Source: Antedon mediterranea (Eukaryota; Animalia; Echinodermata). Taken from it: a stretch of DNA of 64,000 bases. How positions within the stretch are numbered: position 1 is the stretch's first letter; every line of letters starts with the position of its first letter. The notes beneath the pieces are model-generated. The model saw only the letters and a program-made list of their open reading frames with translations. It made no database searches and was not told the DNA's origin. Location of the stretch: the NCBI RefSeq assembly GCF_964355755.1, contig NC_092672.1, positions 7,874,001 to 7,938,000 of the forward strand. Reading direction: 5' to 3'. The translations under genes and the position numbers were made by a program. Below, piece after piece: positions 40,201-51,255 of this stretch.

Positions 40201-43200
40201 AGCGCTCTCAAAACACTTTTTGTCCAAAATTCCCAATATGACGTGGGTGTGTAGTTTTGTCATATCAGACACTGGTTTGATATACCATCAGATTACCAAA
40301 GATAGGAGCACATATCTCCAACAGCTACCAGGTTCACCACCTTAACTTAGTTCCAACCCTTAACCACCCTCACCCGACCCTATTGTCTGACCATCAAGAT
40401 CCAGGCTAGCCACATCTTTGGCTTACCCTCTGTGCTTAAGGTCATGTTTTGTGTCGGTCTGATTTTACAGCAGGTGTACAGACTTCACCAAACACCCACC
40501 AAGATTACAGAGCGCTCCCTAAACTAAACTCTGGTTTCTCGTGGGAGTTCTAGGCTAGGTGGCTTGTGAACCGATGTCTATTGAAACTTCACTACATGAT
40601 ATTCATCATATGGTCATATCACCAGAAAACAACACTTGGTTGGGGTGTGGGGAGGGGGAGTGGTGGTGGCGAAAGTTTTCAAAAATGGATTAGAAAGGAT
40701 ATCATGATTGCTGACTCTGCCTCTCCCTCAGCCTGAACCACTTTTTGTTGTCTTTCTTGTTTTGCTTTCTCCACCAAAAATTGCGCCCTCTGGGCTTCTT
40801 GCTGTGCAACTTGCTTAGACTCCACAGCAGCAGTGTATTCTCTGCCAAAACTTAGCTCAGTGATTGAAACATCATCAAGAATAATGTTAAAGTCCTTAGC
40901 TCTGCTTGTTAATTGACGTCTGATCAGTAAACTAACCTGGAAAAAAAAACATTTACTAATGTATTTGCATCACTTTAGTTAATTTGAAATTTAGTCTTGT
41001 GGACCTAATGCTCTCTATGGTAATTGTTATACATTAGTGAGTGGCCGAGCTGTGGAACCGTAATTACATAGCCATAACATCGACAAGGGTTCGAGGCTCA
41101 CTCGTTCCATGGTTCTGGTGGTAGAACGAGTATTCTCAGCTAAGGCCTATAAATCGTAGGTCCAGTGTAGACATCTAGCTAGTGTGCACTTTAAAGAATT
41201 TAGTACATCTTTCGACAAGTAGGGTGTTACAACGATGTACACACACAGTCACAGGTGTTTACCACCTGTTGGTCCCATCCTTCACTAATGAAGATCTTAG
41301 AAATTGAATAAATAAAATATACAAATCAAGAGGTTTCCATCACAATACATTTGATTTCTTGTACCACAAAACCAGTTAAAAATAGTACATAACTTGAAAA
41401 AGAAATGATTTGTGTAAAACATAACAAGAGAAGTACTAGGTGTTCGTTTAAACTTACAAACTTTGTAATATGACAATTAGAGATTTTCCACAGTTCACAA
41501 TGATATTATCTAGTTTATTATGAAAAAAAATGAAAAGAACCAATTACCTGTTGACGTTGTGTGATCAACTGGGAGGCATTGAACTTTGCAACGACACCCT
41601 TTAAAACCTATATAAAAAATAGATATTATTGCATTGATAAATATATAATGAAACTAAAGCTTTGTCTACACTATCAAACTTTATGACGTGACAAAAAAAT
41701 GTGATGTGCCCACATATTACTACCATATTTGGGCACATCACACTTTTTTTGTCTATATAGATAGTTGATATTGTGGACACAGCTTAAGTGATTCTAATTG
41801 TTAACACATTAGCTTCAAAAAAGTGTTCAAACTAAATCCTTGCTATGTTTTCATTACAAACAGCCATAATAATTAGGGATGGATGCTATCATGTCCATAT
41901 ATAGGCACATCACACCTTTTTGTCCCATAAAGTTTGATAGTGTAGACAAGGCTTTAAAAATGAGTCTTCTTTTGTTTAGACTTTCCCCACCCTCCCTTTT
42001 AAGTTTTCTTTCAATAAAACTCCACACCACATTTTCAGCAGCTCAGTCTACTTAATAAAGAATTACCTCATTACATATGGATGGCAGTACACGTTCATCA
42101 TAGTCAGTGCCAAGTTGCTGGTACATCTGTGGAAGCGTGTTGTTTACTGGTCTTGACAATACACGCAGAGAAATGTTGACCATCTGCAAATCTAAAAATA
42201 ATGGCAACAGTTAAATCAAGCAGTCAAAACATAATTATTTGCTTGCAAGCCCAATCGATACCAGTACTAATATTGGGCGGGACTTATGTCAACACGGAAT
42301 TGTGTCAACACAAGTGTTGCGAGCAACTGAGCGCTTCCTCAGTTGCCATAAACATTCCAAGTGCGCAACTAATTTTAGTAGAAGTTTTAGAACAAATAAA
42401 CGGTTTCCTCTCTTTCCTGAGCTACAGTACGTGTACAGTATTTTTTCCTTCTGTATATCCATTCATCATACACAATCATAAACATAGTACAAAGACTGGA
42501 AAGGGGAATCTTGGAAGCATAGCTTATAAGTAGATACCCCCTGTTACAAAAACAATAATTAAAATATAAAACTAGAAATAAATAATTTAACTTAAAGGAA
42601 AATGCAAACCATCACAATCATTTTTTCCCAATGAATCTTGTATTCCTGTTAGTGTAAAACATACCTTTGCTCCCTGTGGGTGAGGACAGCTTTCTTGGTC
42701 TAGATCTTATGTCATATATGATTGGGTATTGAAACCAAGGTATCCTAAAATGTAGGCCTTCAGAATAAATATCATCCTTGATGCCACCAAGACGACTGAA
42801 AATAATTGCTCTATGACCACCATCAACTGAAATGGAAACATACAACATACAGTTTGTGCATTTAATCTCAGGCTTCTAATTCTATGTTAAAATACAACTT
42901 TTTTTTTTATTTGAAAACAAAGGAAATAAGAATAACAAAAATATTTACACTCTAGGCCTACCAATTAATAAGTATATTAATATTATATGTCAAGTAATAA
43001 TAGTTTATAGCTTTTATTTAAGTAGGCCTATGTAAAATAAAGACACATTAAGAATAAAGATTAATAATGTTTTTTGGTCACAACTCAAGAATTTGTCTAG
43101 GCCTAGGTTAGTTTGTTTAGGGAAGGCTACAATATACTGTTCTGTTCAGACACCATCAAAGTTGCTTCAATTCAACACTAATTACGATCAGCAACTTAGC

Positions 43201-44628
43201 GGTCAGTCTAATTACCGAAAACAACCGAAAATAACCGAAAACAACCATAAACAACCGAAAACAACCACAAACAACCGAAAACAACCATAAACAACCAAAA
43301 ACAACCATAAACAACCGAAAACGAACCGAAAACAAACCGAAAACAACATAAAATAATCTAAATACCGAAAACAAATTTGTATAATATTTTTTAAATGTCG
43401 CCCTCTATTGATGGGTGTTTCTAAATCTACTAAGACCATAACAGAGACAAAAAACCGCGCGCGCAAAAGCCAAGGAAGACCCTACGATGACAGTGTGCAC
43501 AAAATACAACTAAAAATCGTACAATCAATCAATTGATAACATCGCATTTACTTACAGAATCTATAAAAATATTTTAATTTTAGTCTTTCGATTTTTGATC
43601 CAGAAACCAGCGCATTAGGCCCTACTCCTTACAATAATTATGAATATGTTAATCCATAGTATAGAAAGTAAATTGACTATGGTTAATCATGATCAATTTA
43701 ATTATAGATTTTCAAAGATAAATTATACAAAGATACTAGGGACTATAAAGTATACTTAAAAGAAGCTCACTATAAAGGATTCACAATAAAATCTATTCAG
43801 TAAAATTACTGTAGTCGAGTAAATAACGTTTTTATCCTTAATCGCTTCAGTATTCACTTAAGTGACGAAACCGGGGACGAAAACGCAAAGTTAGGTAAAA
43901 TCATGCTTTGTTTTTGAAAAGACTAAAAACGAAATGTGTTTATAGATTTTGTAAGTAAATGTAGTCTACGGTGTATTTCATTGAATTTGTACGATTTTTA
44001 GTTGTATTTTGTGCACACTACCATTTCGTAGGGTCTTCCATGATTTTTGCGCCTCTGTGTATGGTCTTAGCTTTAGAAACACCCATCAATAGAGGGCGAC
44101 ATTAAAAAAAATATTATACAAAATTTGTTTTCGGTATTTAGATTTTTTAAATTTTGTTTTCGGTTTGTTTTCGGTTTGTTTTCGGTTGTTTACGGTTGTT
44201 TTCGGTTGTTTATGGTTGTTTTCGGTTGTTTTCGGTTATTTTCGGTTGTTTTCGGTAATTAGACTGACCCGCAACTTAGCAAGCCTGCTACATCTCCCTA
44301 TAATATGTAGACTAAGCCTACATAACAGGTAGGCTAGAGCTATGCAGTGTTAGTTATTTATCCTGGCCCTTTTTAGCTGGCTGAGCTAGCTAGTCCAGAT
44401 CAGACCTGGGCCTAGCCAGAGAGAGTAGTAACTAGCTAAAGGCCTAGGCTAGGTCTAGCTAGCTAGCTAGGGCCTAGGCCTAGGTACTTTTGCCCTTTTA
44501 CCTGTATACATCGACTCCTTTACAGCATATGCTACTGCTCCTGCACCTAACAACAGCTTAACGCCTGTAGTTAATCCAGAAGGGCCTTTTCCGAGTCTTC
44601 CAAAAGCATCTTTTACTTTGTCAGCCAT
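37214..44628 (-). CDS. PHB2: Prohibitin-2, 297 aa, 7 coding exons
   Basis: Exons 44628-44502, 42826-42665, 42191-42067, 41607-41548, 40936-40703, 38029-37952, 37321-37214 (894 nt, in phase). Sequence includes [110 protein letters not shown]. Intron 5 is AT-AC. Confidence 0.97.
38030..40702 (-). other. U12-type (minor spliceosome) AT-AC intron of PHB2
   Basis: 5' splice site ATATCCTTT (40702-40694), branch site ACCTTAAC (38049-38042) about 10 nt before the terminal AC (38031-38030). Splicing here joins ..AIM to LGEA.. in frame. Confidence 0.92.
40284..40614 (-). ncRNA. U85/U89-like composite box C/D - H/ACA scaRNA guiding U5 snRNA Cm45 and Psi46
   Basis: C box ATGATGA (40609-40603), D box CTGA (40291-40288), terminal stem ACCA/TGGT. 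D-guide ATCTTTGGTAA is antisense to U5 loop I, with the fifth base upstream of box D pairing with C45. H/ACA pocket ATCTT (40505-40501) plus GTAAAA (40468-40463) brackets U46. H box ACACAA (40454-40449), ACA (40386-40384). Shares CTGTAATCTTGGTGGG and ATCTTTGGTAATCTGA with human U85 as I recall it; about 331 nt. Confidence 0.9.
41036..41320 (+). mobile_element. tRNA-derived SINE (Deu/Nin-domain-like), decayed
   Basis: A-box-like GTGGCCGAG, B-box-like GGTTCGAG, core TATAAATCGTAGGTCC..GTGCACTTTAAAGAA..TTCGAC.AGTAGGG, and an AATA-rich tail. Confidence 0.55.
41658..41784. mobile_element. PIF/Harbinger-type MITE family B
   Basis: AGCTTTGTCTACACTATCAAAC ... GGACACAGCT with TAA TSD. Confidence 0.75.
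43200..44270. mobile_element. Mutator-like foldback element, 9-bp TSD, in PHB2 intron 1
   Basis: Inverted arms of about 350 bp starting GGTCAGTCTAATTACCGAAAA, built of (ACCGAAAACA)n subrepeats. TSD GCAACTTAG at 43191-43199 and 44271-44279. Confidence 0.9.
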
Positions 44629-46099
44629 TATTTCGGACGGCCAAAAAAAACGTGCTATTTACTGTAGTCTGTCTGTGTGGATAGAGATCCTGCTGCAGAC
44701 TGTCCGCCATGCGGTATGTCTGCCAGGCGGTATGTCCGCCAGGGGAACATATTCTCGACGATACCATTTTTTTAAAAGGGAAAATATTTGTACTTTGTTT
44801 CTGTAATGTCTGCAAGGCGGTATGTCTGCCAGGGGGAACATATTCCTGACGATACCATTTTTTTAGAGGGAAAAATTATATGTACTTTGTTTCTGTAAGT
44901 AAATTGCCTTACTAAAGCGTCACTTTGCGTTGCGTCGACATATCCAAATGGCAGTTTGATAGTCCATAATCCGAGGTGTTTTGTATATCGAATTTTTTCT
45001 GTTCGGTTTTTATATACAATATTTTTATCAGTAGAATATTCTGTGAATCTAACCTGTTTCTTGCAGGTGGTTTATCCCATCTTAGATCTCCACATGATGA
45101 ATACATTAAAAAATAACATCAAAACTATAACAACCTTAAAACAAACAAATTAATGCTAGACATCACACAACGTAGGCCTAAAAAATAACTGCATTGTCCG
45201 TATTGTAGGAACAGCTGAAAACCGTCGCCGGTGGCCATCCTTTGCATATAATACTAGTATTATTAACTAGCATAGCTATATCCTGCGCAGCATTATTATA
45301 CTGTTATTGTTATACTACTGTGTACTACATTGGCCATTATTTACCGAATTACTGTATATCTGATTCTTCATAATTTCAAAATCATATTAATTTTTCATAT
45401 CATTTTTATTGTTTCACAGTACATACAATTTTATAAAACAAATTACAAGAAAAAGCCTTGTTAAAAATGATGTGTGGAATCTAAAAAAAAGGATTTTTGG
45501 TCTGAGTTTCCAAAAGACATTAAACATTACAATGTAAAACATAAAAAAGACTTCCTAAACATAAGATATAATTTATAAATTCCATAGGAGCAAACTATAA
45601 TGAATATTGATAGATTGACTTAGGCCTATTATTTGTATTTTTTTTTAAAGAAAGTAAGGTTCGGGTAATAATTTTAACCAATGTAACCTTCATTATGATT
45701 ATTGTTTTAAATACACCCTATTTAAGTAGCATATCTTTCAAAATACTACAGAATACTGTAGCAGAAATATTACAGACAAACTGTAAATTCAAAAATACTG
45801 CACCCTTCAACACAGTGCATTTAATTAAGACATTTGTAATAGTAAAACGAAGGCTTGTAGACGAATGGACAAATGACATCTGCATGCAAAAATAAGGTTA
45901 AGTTTAAAAAATGGATAAATTGGGTTATGAAAATATTCATACTTGTGTCTACTGTTTTGTTTTAATTTTAAATCAACTTTTTTCGACTAATTTTTGGTGA
46001 AAGTTAATAACTATTATGATACTTCAAAATGACCAACTTTTTTTCGAAATATTAATTTTTTTAAATAAATTTATTTTGTTGAATTAGTCAAAGGGACAA

Positions 46100-46640
46100 T
46101 ACATCTTAACGTTGAAATAATATTGAAAAACAAACGTAATAATGGCGTTAACACAATGTAATTTCAACCTTTATTCAATGTTGAAAAAATGTTGTCATTT
46201 TAACCAAAAATGCCAAATGGATTTTAACGTTGAATTAACGTTAACATTATATTGTGTTATAAACGTAACACAATGTTCAATTCAAATCATGTTGCCATTT
46301 TAACCAAAAGCCAGCTCGATTATAACGTTAAATTATCGTTGAAATGAGATTGATATAGAAACGTAATACTGTAATAGAGTTAAAACATGAAAACATAATT
46401 TCAACCTTTATTCAATGATGAAAACATGTTGTCATTTTAACCAAAAATGCCAACTCGATTTTAACGTTAAATTAACGTTGAAAAGAGAATGCTAAAGAAA
46501 CGTAATACTGTAAAGGGGTTAAAACATGAAAGCATAATTTATAACTACCTCTTTCAATCTTTTTTCAACATTGAAAACATATCCTTTTAACCAAATTCGA
46601 CTGGATTTCAACGTTAAATTAAATTGATAAATAAACGTAA
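46100..46640. repeat. Degenerate tandem repeats rich in AACGTT / TTTTAACCAAAA
   Basis: TTTTAACCAAAA..GATTTTAACGTT..TTAACGTT recurs about 4 times. Confidence 0.6.
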
Positions 46641-46643
46641 ACG

Positions 46644-48175
46644 GTTGGGCAATGACATCAACGGCTTATCTGATGTTTATATAGAACGTACCTGTTGCTA
46701 TAATTTGTAATTGATTCATATAAATGTACAAAATAAAAATTTATGTAAAGATGCACTTAAACACTCTCTGGCGGACAATTCGGCTACACAAGGTGTAGGC
46801 TTATCCCTTCACGTCCACACCATCCCACTCCCCCTCCGTTCAACATATTGACCAACTCTCTCCCCCTCCCCATCCATGCTCAAATACACGATCACACCCA
46901 GACAAATTATTAAGAACATACAATTCGGTTACACACGGTGTAGGCCTATATCCCTACACACCATACATCACCCCCCCCCCCCCCCCCCGTTAAACATATC
47001 GACCAAACATGAACTCCCTCCCCCTTTGCTCAAATACACGATCACACCCAGACAAATTATTTAGTTAAAAAAGAACTTAGGTCCAAAAACTCCCTCTGGT
47101 GGACAAACTGCATATTAGGCCTATATCTATATTAAAACAAACAGTATTTCTCTGCTATTTTTAAACGGACATTAAAAAACGGTACGATGTATAGTCAAGA
47201 CAAAATTTGGTCACCGTCTGGAAATATTACATTAACAACAATTAAATGTATATCATATATTTTTCGACAGAATATTGTAATTCAATAAACTCTCTCTCTA
47301 GTGGACAGTTGGGCTATCTTTTACGTTATAACAAATATTGGCACGTGTTGGGCGATGAATTCAACGGCTTATCTGATATTTATATAGAACGTACCTGTTG
47401 CTATAATTTGTAATTGATCCATATAAATGTACTAAATACAAATTTATGTAAAGATGCCATTTAAATCTCTCTGGCGGATAATTCAGTTACACACGGTGTA
47501 GGCTTATCCCTTCACACCATACCCCCGCCCCCCGTTCAACATATCGACTAAACATGAACTAACGCCCCCTCCCCATCCAAGCTCAAATACACGATCACAA
47601 TCAGACAAATTATTTGGTTAAAAAAGAACTTAGGCCCGTCCAAAAACTCTCTCTGGTGGACAAACTGCATATTAGGCCTATATCTTTAGGCCTCCTATAT
47701 TAAAACAAACTGCATTTCTCTGCTATTTTTAAACGGACATTCAAAAACAGTACGATGTATAGTCAAGACTCATAATTTTTAACCGTCTGGAAGTAGGCCT
47801 ATCACATTAAAAAAATTAAATGTATATCATATTTTTTTTGGTGACAGAATATTGTAATTTAATAAACTCTCTCTTTAGTGGATAGTTGGGATATCTTTTA
47901 CGTTATAACAAATATTGGCACGTTTTTGGGCGATGAAATCAACGGCTTATCTGATGTTTATGTATCATAACATACCTGTTGCCTGTTATAATTTGTAATT
48001 GATCCATATAAATGTAAATATAAATTAATGTAAAGATGCCCTTAAAAGCTCTTTCTGGCGGACACTGTTACAGTTACACACGATGTATCCATTGACACCA
48101 TGCCCCCTCCTACCCCCTCCGTTCAACATATTATCGACCAAACATGAACTCACCCCCCACCCCCTCCCAATCCAA
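46644..48175. repeat. About 0.6-0.7-kb tandem repeat, roughly 2.5 copies
   Basis: TTGGGC(A/G)ATGA..TCAACGGCTTATCTGAT recurs at 46644, 47348 and 47926 with collinear downstream sequence. Confidence 0.8.
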
Positions 48176-49139
48176 GTCCGTTTTCCTTTGTAAAAATAAT
48201 AATAAACAATTAAACATAATGTCACATGGGCCTAAAACAACTTAAGATTAAACAATAATTATAATTATAGATAAAATTCGGAGAGCTATATAGGGTGCAA
48301 GATAATAATAATAACAATATTTAATAATAATAATGAATAATCATAGGCTTATAATGAGTTATATATGAGTATGAATTTATGAATAGCCCTTCATCAATGC
48401 ATGTGAGAGTACTTAGACAAAACTGTCGGGATATCTAAAATGTTAACTAAGCTAAAATATTCTGTATCTCCCAAAACATGCGTAAATTTCGTAGGAGCAT
48501 GCAACGTATTATTGTTGTAATTCAATAGGGGGTTTACTCTGTTACGGGATACTAAAATTGTAGAACAGTGTAACTGTACCACTACCAGAGAGATTTTAAA
48601 ATCTTTGGTCGTATTACTTACTCTTTCATTATGGCTCTGTTATAAATGTAGAAATAGCGCCCTCTGTTGCCAATATTTTCTAATTCGTCAATGTTTAAAA
48701 AAATCACAATAGACAATTGTAAAAGGTCATTTATTAATTAAAAAGAACAAAAAAATACACACAGTATATCAAATACCAGTATAAGTAATACCAATACGAG
48801 TAATTGACGGTCTACCACACTGTAGATACAATAATTACCCACTGTAAAATGGAATCGCCGGGCTATTGTACTAGTTACAGTAATTACCCACTGTAAAATG
48901 GAATCGTCGGGCAATTTGACAAGTTACCGGTTGGCGGACACAAACTCCCTCTAGTAGACATACCGCATGGCGGACAGTCTGCAGCAACATGCAATTGTCT
49001 GTGTGTGAGCAAGGCTAGTAGAAAATTACAGCATGCGAAATTTATGACGAAATATGATGCTGCCCTCAACGGACACTACTACCTGTTAAAAGAATTAGCT
49101 GAAATTAAAATTAGGAATTAAACTAGGCCTAGAATATAG

Positions 49140-51255
49140 TCTACAATTACAATATATTTACTGAAACATTGAATTTAAATAATTAAGAATTCGATATCAA
49201 GAATCGCTTAAAATATTTCCCACTGTTTTTCCAATAATATAAAAGTAGTGAATGTTTATGAGTGCAATGGTACAAATAATTTCATGAGGTAAAAGATGAT
49301 CACTGCTGAACTAGTGTCTATAAACCAAAAGTTTATTTCAACCATTCCAAGAGAAAACTCACAGAAAGCAACGTACTTTTTAAACAGGGTAAATATTCTA
49401 TTTTTTAATTTCGGTTTAGACTCGTTGCTAAGTGACTTATTAAGCAAGGAATAATCATGTTATAGATTTTGTTATTCATGGCTTATTCGATTTTAATGGC
49501 AATCGATCTCATCATATTAGAATGTATAATAGTTGAAGTAAGAAAGGAACACAAAACTAGTTTTGTTATGCCAAGGTTAATTAAACATGTTAATCGTGGA
49601 TTTTGTTCTGTATGTGTATTATTTGTCTAGCTTATTCGATTTTAATGGAAATCGATCTCATCATAATTGATCGATATTATTACTGTATATATTAGAAGTA
49701 AGAAAAGAACACCAAACTAGTTTTGTTATGCCACGGTTAAACATGTTTCTAACGTTTGCTATAAGTGTTTGGATTTTGTTCAGACCTTCTTCTTCAGGTT
49801 GTAAGTATGGCTTACTTCAAATTATTAATAGGTTCTAGGCATTGTCTTAAGTGACAATATTTGTATAAGTACATTATTATCTAATATCCATCTATAGAAG
49901 CTTGGTTCCCACTAAAGCGTGGTTCCCACTAGCAACGCAACACAAGGACGTAACGCAACGCAAGTGAATTGACCAATCACAAGCGATGGCTTATTCGCTT
50001 GTGATTGCTAACTGTCTATAACTTCGCTTGTCATTGGTTAAAACGCTTGCGTTGCGTTTACGTCCTTGCGTTACGTTCTAGTGGGAACCAAGCTTAAGTC
50101 GCAACGCAAGGACGTAAGCCGCAACGCAAGGACGAACTGACCAATCACAAGCGACAGTCGGAATAATCCATCGCTTGCGGTGGCTTCTTGTATTGCACTC
50201 TTGTGGGAATCAAGATAAAACAGTAGGCCTACCACCGTCTGGTCACGTACCAGGCAATTCACCATAAAGCTTGGTTCCCATTAGAACGTAACGCAAGGAC
50301 GTAAACGCAACGCAAGCGTGTTGACCAATGACAAGCGAAGTTATAGACAGTTAGCAATCACAAGCGAATAAGCCATTGCTTGTGATTGGTCAATTCACTT
50401 GCGTTGCGTTACGTCCTTGCGTTACGTTCTAGTGGGAACCAAGCTTTAGCTTGGTTCCCACTAGCGACGCAACGTAACGCAACCTACGCAACGTAAGAAA
50501 ATGCCCTTCCAATAATTGCGTCTGCGTGAAATCAAACCTGCGATTTTTGCAACACTGTTGCATCGTCGGTTCCCACTTGTGATTACGCAATACATCACTT
50601 TGCGTCAATACGTCGCTGCGTTGCGTTCTAGTGGAAACCACGCTATATATAGATGTAGTAATTTTGAATGGAATCGAATACTAAACTAAAGAACGACGTT
50701 TTGTACCATTTCAACTATCTCGAATCTTGGAGAACTTTCTCCAAATTAGGTGATATTCGATTCGCCTAATTTGGAGAAAGTTTTGGAATAGTTTGGTACA
50801 AATAATATATTTGAAAAATTATAAAATAAAATGAAAATACAATATTATATATATATAATATAAAAAAACAATATAATGCAGCAAGATTTTTGTACAAAAA
50901 TAAGCATTATTATTACAAGGACGAATACAAAAATAACATCAACAATGCAATAGGCCTACGTGTCAGAAAAGAACAAACGCTACAATAAAATCATTAATTA
51001 AACATTCATTACAAATAAATTAAATGTTGTTCTACTCTATCAATGTCATCAGTTATGGGATAGGGCTATTACAACGTTCAGTATACGAACGTTTCTTTTA
51101 AATGGTTTTGGATTGGTACTGTGTATTATTGTTTTGGCAGTGGTTGAGATTGGCCGTAACAAACCAGCAGTGAGAAGTTCCAACTATGGATCGTTTGGAC
51201 CAGATCGTGTCAATGACGGAAACCTGGGAACCTTCGTACACACAGGTATTACAAC
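49140..51255. repeat. Segmental (tandem gene) duplication, copy 1; copy 2 at about 61990-63930
   Basis: Collinear high-identity match across introns and exons, differing mainly by MITE insertions and short indels. Confidence 0.9.

Noticed and set aside
38148-40224. 2-kb transposon inside the U12 intron
   Set aside because: Only a 10-bp inverted match (GACAAAAAGT), no TSD and no coding remnant; cannot be supported from this window.
43093-43466. Hydrophobic or repetitive ORFs
   Set aside because: They are translations of the foldback element's ACCGAAAACA subrepeats.
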